A stretch of DNA of 64,000 bases from Clostridia bacterium (lineage in GTDB: Bacteria > Bacillota > Clostridia > Christensenellales > CAG-138). This document shows, piece after piece, positions 28,249 through 36,350 of the stretch. The stretch is taken from the NCBI GenBank assembly GCA_030526425.1, contig JAUNCT010000010.1, positions 5,526-69,525 on the forward strand, in the 5' to 3' direction. A model generated the notes under the pieces. The model was not told the origin of the DNA. It did not search any database and was given only the letters and a program-made list of their open reading frames with translations. The stretch's first letter is position 1; every line of letters starts with the position of its first letter. The position numbers and the translations under genes were made by a program.

Positions 28249-28288
28249 TTATGATGTTTGACAATGAGACCCGGGGAGGAACAACAAA

Positions 28289-29251
28289 ATGAAACATGTG
28301 ATCGGTCTTGCGGCAACGGATCTGTCGGCAACGCAGCAAGCGGAGCTCGGTCGGCTTGCGGAATCGCTCGGCGCGGAGTTCCGGCGCCTGCCGGAGGGAT
28401 ACGTTGCGGACCTGTACGATGATGTCACGGGGCTGATCGGCTTTGTGTCCGCAGAGGAACTCGAACGCATGCGGTCACTGCAGTGGATGCAGATCGATTG
28501 GGCGGGCGTGGACAAAATCGTCGGCGCGCCGTGTTTCCAAAGCGGAAAGGTGACGCTTTGCAACGCTTCGGGCGCTTTCGGCGTGATGATCGCCGAGCAC
28601 CTCCTCGGCGGCGTCCTCACGCTGTATAAGCGTTTTGACGGGTACCGTGCGGCGCAGGCGCACGGGGAATGGATCCCGAGCCTCGGCGCGGATTCGCTGC
28701 ACGGAAAACGCGTCACCGTCGTCGGTCTCGGGGATATCGGTTCGACCTTCGCACGGTACTGCGCCGCGCTCGGCGCACATGTCACCGGTGTCGCGCAAAG
28801 GGAACGGGAAAAGCCGGAGTATCTCGAACGGTTCCTGACTGCGGAAAACCTTCGGGAAGCGGTCCGCGGGGCTCAGGTGCTGGTACTGTGTCTGCCGAAC
28901 ACCGCAAAAACGAAACACCTCATCGGCGATGCCGAACTGTCCTTGCTTGCCCGCGGAGCGCTCGTGCTCAACGCGGGGCGCGGCGCCACGCTCGACCAAG
29001 CCGCGCTGGAGAGCATGCTCGCTGAAGGAACGCTCGGCGGCGCAGTGCTCGATGTATTCGAGCAAGAACCCTTGCCGAATGACAGCCCGCTGTGGCGGAT
29101 GCCGAACGTGCTTCTCACACCGCACGTTTCCGGGCACAGCGCCGACGAAGCCAACCGCGCGCGCATCGGGGAGATCGTCACAGAAAACCTCCGCCGTTAC
29201 CTTTCGGGCGAACCGCTGCTGCATGTCGTCGACCCGAAACGGGGATACTGA
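28289..29251 (+). CDS. D-isomer-specific 2-hydroxyacid dehydrogenase family protein
   Basis: 320 aa. NAD-binding GKRVTVVGLGDIGS and the catalytic R/E/H context (LNAGRGA, FEQEPLP, LTPHVSGHS). Confidence 0.88.
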   Translation: MKHVIGLAATDLSATQQAELGRLAESLGAEFRRLPEGYVADLYDDVTGLIGFVSAEELERMRSLQWMQIDWAGVDKIVGAPCFQSGKVTLCNASGAFGVMIAEHLLGGVLTLYKRFDGYRAAQAHGEWIPSLGADSLHGKRVTVVGLGDIGSTFARYCAALGAHVTGVAQREREKPEYLERFLTAENLREAVRGAQVLVLCLPNTAKTKHLIGDAELSLLARGALVLNAGRGATLDQAALESMLAEGTLGGAVLDVFEQEPLPNDSPLWRMPNVLLTPHVSGHSADEANRARIGEIVTENLRRYLSGEPLLHVVDPKRGY

Positions 29252-29272
29252 GCAACGGTTTCAAAGGAACGC

Positions 29273-29306
29273 AAAAAAAGACACCGCCAATGCGGTGTCT
29301 TTTTTG
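29273..29306. terminator. bidirectional terminator
   Basis: AAAAAAAGACACCGC-CAAT-GCGGTGTCTTTTTT between convergent genes. Confidence 0.78.
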
Positions 29307-29313
29307 CTGCGCT

Positions 29314-29994
29314 TCATTCTGCGCTTCCTTCGGCAAAGCGCTTCAGTTCTTCGGTCAGCCCTTCGAAAAACAGCCCGATATGGCGTCCGTCGGCAAGGGC
29401 GTGGTGGACCTGGATGCACACGGGCATCGTCATGTGTTTTTCGAAAATCACCGTTCCGTCCCGTTCCGCGGGCACAAGGCTTTCCCGGTACTTGCCCATC
29501 ATAAAGCTCGGCACGGAAAACCTGTTGTCGGGGAAGGGGAGGGAGATCCCCGTGAAATCGACCCAGGGCAGGCTGGAAAGATAGAAACAGCTTTCGGGGT
29601 CCTCATCTTCGGTCAGGTGCGGATTCTGTTCGGCGATACGCTGGGCCTCTTTCGCCTCGGCAAGATAACGGTCGAACGGCAGATCGCAGCGGATGTTGCA
29701 GTAGCGGTAGGTCCCGTCCGGGGCGGCAACGGTATACGAAAGCCCGCAACCGTCGTATTCGACGATACCGCCGTTGCGGATGCGCTGCCGCAGTTCCGGC
29801 ACGCGGTTCGCCGCCCGTCCGAGGCAGAAAACGAAGCTCAGAAAGAACGGCAGGCGTTCCGCCTTCACCCGTGCGTAAAGACCGGTGATATCGACCTGTG
29901 AGGTCACCTGCACGAAGGGAAAGTACATCTCCGAAAAATGTTCGAAAAGCTCTCTGCGGGGGAATTTTTCAAGGTCTGCAGTGCGGTAAGACAT
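29314..29994 (-). CDS. chloramphenicol acetyltransferase (type A CAT) family protein
   Basis: ATG at 29994 (MSYRTADLEKFPRRELFEHF) with GGAGG SD, 226 aa. VHHALADGRHI corresponds to the CAT catalytic HHAxxDG motif. The upstream extension of ORF 29314..30138 is rejected. Confidence 0.85.
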   Translation of the reverse strand: MSYRTADLEKFPRRELFEHFSEMYFPFVQVTSQVDITGLYARVKAERLPFFLSFVFCLGRAANRVPELRQRIRNGGIVEYDGCGLSYTVAAPDGTYRYCNIRCDLPFDRYLAEAKEAQRIAEQNPHLTEDEDPESCFYLSSLPWVDFTGISLPFPDNRFSVPSFMMGKYRESLVPAERDGTVIFEKHMTMPVCIQVHHALADGRHIGLFFEGLTEELKRFAEGSAE

Positions 29995-30099
29995 CGTGCA
30001 CCTCCCGTTGGTTTCTGGTTGCAGTATATCATGAACGGCGCGGATGCAACAGTACCGGATGCGATGGATGCGAAACCGTTCCCACGGAACGATACTGCG

Positions 30100-30135
30100 G
30101 AACAAACAAAGGTCCCCGGTTGTCCGGGGACCTTC
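30100..30135 (-). terminator. rho-independent terminator after the 5'-nucleotidase gene
   Basis: Minus strand reads AAGGTCCCCGG-ACAA-CCGGGGACCTTTGTTTGTT. Confidence 0.65.
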
Positions 30136-30165
30136 CATACGGAATCTGTGTTCCGTTCGTTTTGC

Positions 30166-32025
30166 TTACGCAGCGGGCTGCTCGGCGGGGGCTTCCGTTA
30201 CTTCTGCAACGGGGATGATCGTGATACGGCCGTTGCCGTACGGATCGGAGTATTCCGCGCCGACGACGCCGTTCAGACCACCGGTGATGTAATCGATGAG
30301 CACCTGGTTGTCGAGCTTGACGCTGTCCTGCAGGAAGTTGTTATCGGCGAACATGGTGTAACCGTCGCCCATATCCTTCAGCTTGTAGTTGTGGCAAGCG
30401 AGGGTGTAGGTCTTGGCGGGATCGAGCGGCTCGCCGTTGATGGTGACGGAGACCACGCGGTGGTCGCCTTCGAGCTTCTGGAACAGACCCTTCTCATCGA
30501 GCACGACGGGGGAGGGAACGTTCAGGTCAACGGTCATGGTCATGTTCTTGGAGATGTGGAGGAAGCCGCCGCTCTCCGCGGGGAGCTTGGAGCAACCGAG
30601 CTCCAGCGCCTGCCAGATCTCTTCGCCGGTGCACTCGACGACGCACAGCGCGTTGCCGAACGGATGGACCTTGATGATCTGACCGTAGGTGATGTCGCCT
30701 GCGGGGATGGTGTCACGAACGCCGCCGCCGTTGATGATGGCAACATCCGCACCGGAGTTCCACTGATAAGCGTCTGCGCACAGATCGCCGAGGTTGGTCT
30801 CCTGCTGACGGACCATACGTTCGCCGGTCGCGGGATCCTTGATGGCGAGTTCGACATCGGTGTGCGCAACGACCTGGTTCAGCAGCTCATCGAACTGCTT
30901 CTCCGCGGCTTTGACTGCGCCGTCGACGCCTGCTGCGTTGACGAGACCGACGGTGATGGTGCCGTCGCCCTTGATGGTCAGGCATCCGATGTTCGCGAGC
31001 TTCGTACCCGTGGAGGAGAGCAGGACGGGCTTGTCTTCCTTGTTCTTGACGATCTCACAGGGGAGGACGGAGTGGGAGTGACCGTCGAGGAAAGCATCGA
31101 TGCCGGTCGTGTTGTTGATGACTTCGGAGCTGGTCCACGGCGAGCAGTCTGCCTCGATGCCGAGGTGACCGAGCGCAACGACGTAATCCGCGCCTTCCGC
31201 ACGCGCCGCATCGACGGTCGCCTGAACGACCTCATACAGGTTGTCGCCGGAGAAGCTGTAGATGAATTCGCCCGCGTCGTTCATGAAGTACTTCGGGGTG
31301 GAGGTGGTCACGGTCTTCGGGGTCGCGATGCCGACGAAGGCGATCTTTCTGCCGTTGGACTCTTTGATGATGTAGGGGTTGACGACGGCTTTGCCTTCCG
31401 CGTCGACGAAGTTGCACGCAACATAGGGGAACTTCGCACGCGCGACGTTGGACTTGAACTGATCCATGCCGTAGTCGAACTCGTGGTTGCCGATGGTCGC
31501 GACATCATAGCCGACTTCGCCCATCAGGTCGATGATGATCTCGCCCTTGGAGAGCGTGCCGATCGCGTCGCCCTGAACGGCGTCGCCGATATCCGCGACG
31601 ATCACGTCGTAGCCTGCGCACTTGTAGGCGTCCTTCACGGTCGCGAGACCCGCGTAACCGAGGTTATCGGAGGTCGCGCAGTGCACGTCGTTGGTGAACA
31701 GAACGATGGTGTCCGCGGGGGCGTTCGCAACGGCCTCGAGCGCGGCATCCTTTTCGGAGATGACGGCTTCGAGCTCGCTTGCCTTGGCGGCAACGGCTTC
31801 TTCCACAGCCTTCACCTTATCGGCAGCGGCTTCTTCGAGCGCCTTTGCCTTGTCGGCGGCGGCTTCTTCGAGTGCGGCGGCCTTTTCTTTCACAGCGGTT
31901 TCGACTTCAGCGGTCTTTTCGGCCAGCTGAGTGGTCAGGGTCTCGATCTGGGCCTTCTGCTTGGAGCAACCGGTGACGGCAAACGCCATGGCCAGAACGA
32001 GCAACAGTGCGATCAGTTTTTTCAC
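30166..32025 (-). CDS. bifunctional metallophosphatase/5'-nucleotidase lipoprotein
   Basis: 619 aa, GTG start. Lipobox VTGC, an Ala/Glu/Lys repeat spacer, then calcineurin-like motifs (TNDVHC, GDAVQG, GNHEFD) and a C-terminal 5'-nucleotidase domain. Confidence 0.88.
   Translation of the reverse strand: MKKLIALLLVLAMAFAVTGCSKQKAQIETLTTQLAEKTAEVETAVKEKAAALEEAAADKAKALEEAAADKVKAVEEAVAAKASELEAVISEKDAALEAVANAPADTIVLFTNDVHCATSDNLGYAGLATVKDAYKCAGYDVIVADIGDAVQGDAIGTLSKGEIIIDLMGEVGYDVATIGNHEFDYGMDQFKSNVARAKFPYVACNFVDAEGKAVVNPYIIKESNGRKIAFVGIATPKTVTTSTPKYFMNDAGEFIYSFSGDNLYEVVQATVDAARAEGADYVVALGHLGIEADCSPWTSSEVINNTTGIDAFLDGHSHSVLPCEIVKNKEDKPVLLSSTGTKLANIGCLTIKGDGTITVGLVNAAGVDGAVKAAEKQFDELLNQVVAHTDVELAIKDPATGERMVRQQETNLGDLCADAYQWNSGADVAIINGGGVRDTIPAGDITYGQIIKVHPFGNALCVVECTGEEIWQALELGCSKLPAESGGFLHISKNMTMTVDLNVPSPVVLDEKGLFQKLEGDHRVVSVTINGEPLDPAKTYTLACHNYKLKDMGDGYTMFADNNFLQDSVKLDNQVLIDYITGGLNGVVGAEYSDPYGNGRITIIPVAEVTEAPAEQPAA
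31780..31900 (-). repeat. in-frame 33-nt tandem repeats (about 3 copies) encoding ALEEAAADKAK-type units
   Basis: On the plus strand, CGGCAGCGGCTTCTTCGAGCGC recurs about 33 nt later as CGGCGGCGGCTTCTTCGAGTGC. The protein reads KAAALEEAAADKAKALEEAAADKVKAVEEAVAAK. Confidence 0.7.
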
Positions 32026-32162
32026 GTTCGTTTTCCCTTTCGCTATTGAATTTTCATCTGCGTTAACAGATATTCAAAGTGTAACATCTCGGAAAGGGCA
32101 ATTCAAGCGTTCGGTGAACGGTTTGACTGAAATATCACATGCGGCAACCGGTCCGGGATAAT

Positions 32163-32202
32163 GAAAAACGCACGACCTCCCCCGGGGGGAGAGAGCGTGC
32201 GT
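32163..32202 (-). terminator. rho-independent terminator after rsmI
   Basis: Minus strand reads ACGCACGCTCTCTCCCCCCGGGGGAGGTCGTGCGTTTTT. Confidence 0.6.
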
Positions 32203-32219
32203 GATGTCATGGGGACGTG

Positions 32220-33041
32220 TCAGTCTTCCTTCATGGACAAGGCAAGGTTGTAGGCTTCGCGCTTTTTCACGCCGAAGCGTTCGGCTGCGGCGCCGGCGGC
32301 GTCCTTGACGGAAAGCCCCTCCCGGAGCGCGCCCCGGAGGAAGGACTCGATATCTTCTTGGGAAGCTTCCGCTTCGGCGGCAGCGCATTCGATGAGGAGC
32401 ACGCACTCACCGCGCGGGTCCTCGGCTTCGTACTTTTCCGCAAGCTCCGACAAGGTGCCGCGGTCGCAGGTCTCGAATTTCTTCGTCAGCTCGCGGCAGA
32501 GCGCCGCCGGGCGGTCGCCGAGCGTTTCGTACAGCAGGCGGAAGGTCGCGCCCACGCGGTGCGGGCTTTCATACAGAATGGCGAGATGGTTCAGGGAAGA
32601 AAGTTCTTTGAGAAACTGCTTCCGCTCCTTGTTGTCCCGCGGGAGAAAACCGAAAAACGAAAAGCGGCGCGGTTCGAAGCCCGAAAGCACCGCCGCGGTC
32701 AGCACCGCGTTCGCACCGGGCAGCACCGTGTACGGCATCCCGTGTTCGATACAGGCGGCGACGAGCACCGCGCCCGGGTCCGAAATGCCGGGCATGCCGG
32801 CGTCCGAGATGTAGGCGATCTCTTTCCCCGCGGCGAGCTTGTCCATCAGCTCCGCCGCGCGGGCTTTCTCATTGTGTTCATGGCAGGAAACGAGCGGCTT
32901 TTTGATCTCCAGCGCATCGAGCAGCACGCGGGAGTGCCGCGTATCCTCGCACCAGATCTCATCCGCGGCTTTCAGCGTTTCCACGGCGCGCAGCGTGATG
33001 TCCCCGAGGTTGCCGATCGGGGTGGCGACAAGGCTCAGCAT
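32220..33041 (-). CDS. rsmI: 16S rRNA (cytidine1402-2'-O)-methyltransferase
   Basis: 273 aa. LSLVATPIGNLGDITLRA and ISDAGMPGISDPG are RsmI (TP-methylase) hallmarks. Confidence 0.92.
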   Translation of the reverse strand: MLSLVATPIGNLGDITLRAVETLKAADEIWCEDTRHSRVLLDALEIKKPLVSCHEHNEKARAAELMDKLAAGKEIAYISDAGMPGISDPGAVLVAACIEHGMPYTVLPGANAVLTAAVLSGFEPRRFSFFGFLPRDNKERKQFLKELSSLNHLAILYESPHRVGATFRLLYETLGDRPAALCRELTKKFETCDRGTLSELAEKYEAEDPRGECVLLIECAAAEAEASQEDIESFLRGALREGLSVKDAAGAAAERFGVKKREAYNLALSMKED

Positions 33042-33949
33042 TTGTTCTTCCTCCAGCGCAGGTTGTCGCCCGTCAGGCGCAGCGTCATCGTGGTTTCGGT
33101 GTCGACCAGGCGGGAAACGAGGCGCTCACCGTAACGCTCCTGCAGTTCGCTGCCGGCAAGGTTCGTGATGCTCACCGTGCACAGCCCGCGGGTGATGCGT
33201 GTTTCATATAAGGCGAACAGCGTTTCTTCCGAAACGTTGGGGATCAGCGGCTCCGTGCCGAGGTCGTCGAGAACGAGCAGCGGAACGGTGCGGAAGGTCT
33301 CGTCCGTCGTGCGCTCGGAAAGGTGCTGCATCGTCAGGCGGATGAATTCCGAAGCCGTGACGCGCCTTGCGGGCACGCCGCGTTCCAGCGCGCGCCGTGC
33401 GATGGCGTTCCCGAGGAAGGATTTCCCGAGCCCGGATTTTCCCAGCAGCAGCAGCCCGGTTTTTTCGGGGTGGGGCAGGGAGTCCGCGTAGCGAAGACAC
33501 AGGTTCATGGCGCGCTTCGCCTGCGCGCGTTGCTCCTCCGTCGGTTGGATGGTGTCGGAAAAGGTCTCGAAGGTCTCCTTGCCGGTGATGCCGATTGCGG
33601 GGTCGTGCTCCGCTTCATACAGCAAACGGCAACGGCAGGGCTTGCGCCGCCCGCCGTCCGTCCACCCGGTGTCCTTGCACAGGGCACAGTCGTACCGCGG
33701 CTCGAGCGCATCGGGCGCCATGCCGTTTTCCGAAAGCAGCGCACGTTCCCGGTCGCCGAGCGCGCGGATGGCGTCGGCCGTCCCCGCAAGGGGGCGCTTG
33801 CCGAGCGCCGCTTCGCGGAACAGGCTGCGCCGCTCGTTTTCCAGCGCCGCAAGCCCGGGGATCGTGCCGTAGGCGTTTTCCCGCGCAAGGTCGCGCTCCC
33901 GTTGCCGGGTGCGGCGGAGCGTTTCGAAATAACGGTCTGTCGGGTTCAT
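33035..33949 (-). CDS. DnaI/DnaC-like helicase-loader AAA+ ATPase
   Basis: 304 aa. Cys-rich N-terminal segment (CALCKDTGW...CRC), Walker A GKSGLGKS and Walker B LLVLDDLG. 7-nt overlap with rsmI. Confidence 0.8.
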   Translation of the reverse strand: MNPTDRYFETLRRTRQRERDLARENAYGTIPGLAALENERRSLFREAALGKRPLAGTADAIRALGDRERALLSENGMAPDALEPRYDCALCKDTGWTDGGRRKPCRCRLLYEAEHDPAIGITGKETFETFSDTIQPTEEQRAQAKRAMNLCLRYADSLPHPEKTGLLLLGKSGLGKSFLGNAIARRALERGVPARRVTASEFIRLTMQHLSERTTDETFRTVPLLVLDDLGTEPLIPNVSEETLFALYETRITRGLCTVSITNLAGSELQERYGERLVSRLVDTETTMTLRLTGDNLRWRKNKC

Positions 33950-35154
33950 TGTTCCTCCGGTAGGTCGTGGTCGAGGTCGACGAACAGGGCGTCGAATTCG
34001 CTGTCGCTGATCGCGGTCTGCGCGTAGGGGGCTTTCGCGCCCATGCGTCCGCGCGGCGCACGCTTGGCGGCGCGCTTCTCCTCGCGCTCTTTCAGGTAGG
34101 CTTCCGCCTCGCCGACGGTTTCGATGTGGTTCGCGTGCCAGTCGTTCAGCATGATCTTCATCGCGCCGAACGGTTCGTTCTTGCCGCGGGCAAGGTCCGC
34201 CGCGAGGAACAGAAGCTCATGCGGCATCTTGTAATCGTTCAGATACATGGCGATCTGCGCGCGCTGCGTCGCCGTGGCGGGCTCGCTCTTGCCGGCGCGG
34301 TCGAACAGCATCTTCGCGAAATTCTTTTCGCGGCGCGTCTGCTCGTCGTTCAGCTCGATCGCCTCTTTGCCCGTCAGCTTTTCGGAACGCAGACGGTCGA
34401 GCAGCTCGTCGAGATAGACGAAGTTCGGCGTACCCGAAACCGTCAGGCGCGGCAGCGCGGCGAGCACGGCGTCGTCGGTAAAGCCCCAGTCCTTCGTCCA
34501 CTTGTCGTACAGCGCCATCTCGTCCTCGGTCGGACGGCGGCGGCGGTTCCAGGCGCGGAGCACGGCGGTCGCACCGTGTTTTTTGATGCGGTAGCTGTCG
34601 ATGGCGTTGCGCGCGGCCTCCGCGGTGCGTACGCCCGCATCGGACCAGTTTTCCGCCACCTTCGACATGTAGTTGATGCTGACGCGCCGGCCCTTCTGCT
34701 CCATGCAATAGGCGACCAGTTCCAGAACGGCGCCCTCGTCGAGCCCATAGACCTCGATCCAGTCGTATACGTGCGCGAGCTCGCTCATGCCGAATTGCCG
34801 CGGCGCGGTCAGCGTGTTGAGGCTCTTGACGAGCGTGCCGTATTTGAAATCCGCGGTGCCTCCGCGCGAGGTCATCGGCTCGGTGTGGTATTCGACCGTC
34901 AGCGGGCTTTCCGAGATGATGCGAACAAGGCCGAGCGCCTGCCAGTGACAGAAGGCCTCGGCCGCTTCCCGCTCGCTCACGCCGAGCGAGTTGCACAGGT
35001 CCTCATCGATGGCGGGGTGGAAGCAAAGCATCAGCCCGTACAGGTAGACCTTCAGCTGCAGCTCGTTGGCGTGCGGCAGATATTCGGTGAAAAAGTTGTT
35101 GTCCACGGGCGTGAAGGAGCGCCTCTGCCCGGTGGTATCGAAACGGCAGTTCAT
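33946..35154 (-). CDS. DnaD-domain replication initiation protein (B. subtilis DnaB-like architecture)
   Basis: 402 aa. Two DnaB_2/DDBH2-like segments (YDWIEVYGLDEGAVLELVAYCMEQKGRRVSINYMSKVAENW and IAMYLNDYKMPHELLFLAADLARGKNEPFGAMKIMLNDW). ATGA overlap with the loader gene. Confidence 0.8.
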   Translation of the reverse strand: MNCRFDTTGQRRSFTPVDNNFFTEYLPHANELQLKVYLYGLMLCFHPAIDEDLCNSLGVSEREAAEAFCHWQALGLVRIISESPLTVEYHTEPMTSRGGTADFKYGTLVKSLNTLTAPRQFGMSELAHVYDWIEVYGLDEGAVLELVAYCMEQKGRRVSINYMSKVAENWSDAGVRTAEAARNAIDSYRIKKHGATAVLRAWNRRRRPTEDEMALYDKWTKDWGFTDDAVLAALPRLTVSGTPNFVYLDELLDRLRSEKLTGKEAIELNDEQTRREKNFAKMLFDRAGKSEPATATQRAQIAMYLNDYKMPHELLFLAADLARGKNEPFGAMKIMLNDWHANHIETVGEAEAYLKEREEKRAAKRAPRGRMGAKAPYAQTAISDSEFDALFVDLDHDLPEEQ

Positions 35155-35160
35155 CTTCCC

Positions 35161-35757
35161 TTACGCCGGCAGACGGAACAGGTTGAACACGTGCGTGTTG
35201 AACCAGCTGTAGCCGAGGTCGACCGTGGGGAGGATGCGGTAATCCATGAGGATGCCGGCGACCAGCCACAGGAAGATCAGAACGAGCACGACGAGCAGCA
35301 CCGATGCGATGACGATGCCCGCGTTGCCCTTCTTCTTGGGCTTGACTTCGTCCTCATCGTCTTCGTCGTCGAAATCGTCGTCCTCTTCATCGTCGAAAAA
35401 GTCGTCGTCTTCGTCCACGTCGTCTTCGTCTTCTGCGGTGTCGACGGGGTCCTTCCCGCCGGAAACGGTCTTTTCCTGGCGCATGGGTTCGAAATCTCCG
35501 CCCGCCATTTTGGCGATCTTGATCTCTTCGTTGACCAGCGCGGTCAGACGTTCGGCAAGGTCGATGTCGCTTTCCGCCTTCATCAGCTCGCGGAACAGGT
35601 TGAGAAACACCTGCTTCACGGAATCCTTGGAGCGGGCTTCGTCCTTCAGCTCGGAAAACAGGTATGCATATACCTCACGGCTGTATTCGTTGAAGATCTC
35701 GCGGAAAGCCTCGCGGTTTCCTTCGTGCGCGCGTCTTTGGATTTTACTGGTGAACAT
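35161..35757 (-). CDS. membrane-anchored protein with sigma-70 region-2-like N-terminus and poly-acidic tract
   Basis: ATG at 35757 (MFTSKIQRRAHEGNREAFREIFNEYSREVYAYL) with AAAGGA SD, 198 aa. Contains the D/E run DEDDVDEDDDFFDDEEDDDFDDEDDEDE and one TM helix (IVIASVLLVVLVLIFLWLVAGIL). Ends 6 nt before the dnaD-like start. Confidence 0.6.
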   Translation of the reverse strand: MFTSKIQRRAHEGNREAFREIFNEYSREVYAYLFSELKDEARSKDSVKQVFLNLFRELMKAESDIDLAERLTALVNEEIKIAKMAGGDFEPMRQEKTVSGGKDPVDTAEDEDDVDEDDDFFDDEEDDDFDDEDDEDEVKPKKKGNAGIVIASVLLVVLVLIFLWLVAGILMDYRILPTVDLGYSWFNTHVFNLFRLPA

Positions 35758-35926
35758 GGGCGTCCTTTCTATCCCGCGGGGGATGGTGGTTTTCTGTGCT
35801 TTTCTCAGCTTTATTGTCCATACAAGTTTATCACGCGGTAACCGAAAACGGAATACGGTTTTTCGGAGCGGAAGGGGCTCTTCGGCGGACTCCGAAAAAA
35901 TTTTTTCGTTTTTCGAAAAAAAGTGC

Positions 35927-35955
35927 TTGACGAAACCGTTGCCCTTTGGTACTAT
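35927..35955 (+). promoter_or_regulatory. tRNA-Arg promoter
   Basis: TTGACG, 17-nt spacer, TACTAT, about 35 nt upstream of the tRNA. Preceded by A/T-tract palindromes (35890-35925) resembling an UP element. Confidence 0.6.
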
Positions 35956-35990
35956 AAATGAGCGCCAAACAAACGGCGCGAACAAAATAT

Positions 35991-36066
35991 GCGCTTGTAG
36001 CTCAGTGGATAGAGTGCCCGGCTACGAACCGGTAGGTCGCAGGTTCGAACCCTGCCAGGCGCGCCA
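35991..36066 (+). tRNA. tRNA-Arg (anticodon ACG)
   Basis: Cloverleaf read by hand: acceptor GCGCTTG/CAGGCGC, D-arm GCTC-AGTGGATA-GAGT, anticodon loop CTACGAA, T-arm GCAGG-TTCGAAC-CCTGC, encoded CCA. Confidence 0.93.
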
Positions 36067-36069
36067 AAG

Positions 36070-36099
36070 AAAAGTCGTTCTTCGGAACGACTTTTTTTC
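36070..36099 (+). terminator. rho-independent terminator after tRNA-Arg
   Basis: AAGTCGTTC-TTCG-GAACGACTTTTTTT. Confidence 0.78.
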
Positions 36100-36291
36100 A
36101 TATCTTACCGCAAACCGCCGCAAAAGAACGAGTCCGTTTTATTTCCCAAATCATACGGTATCATTTGCAAGGCTCGGGAAACGTTCCGAAGGCGATCCGC
36201 GCCGGATGCCGCAGGGCAGATTCCTGACCTGCGACCAAACGGGATAGCACTCGGATATTCGGCTTTCGGTTGCCCCCCAATCCCGGCTCGT

Positions 36292-36320
36292 TTGCACTGC
36301 GACCCCCGTTGTGTTATAAT
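36292..36320 (+). promoter_or_regulatory. candidate ftsK promoter
   Basis: TTGCAC, 17-nt spacer, TGtTATAAT (extended -10), about 30 nt upstream of ATG 36351. Confidence 0.5.
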
Positions 36321-36350
36321 TTAAAGCTGTATTATTATGGGAGGAATTTC

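Noticed and set aside
31780-31900. Regularly spaced GC-rich direct repeats that superficially resemble a repeat array
   Set aside because: The repeats are in frame inside the 5'-nucleotidase gene and encode AEK-rich peptide units. The 33-nt period has no unique spacers, so this is not a CRISPR array.
35885-35925. A/T-rich palindromes near the replication genes, considered as an origin-unwinding element
   Set aside because: Only about 40 nt long, with no cluster of DnaA boxes (TTATCCACA-like) nearby. Better explained as an UP element or intergenic promoter architecture.
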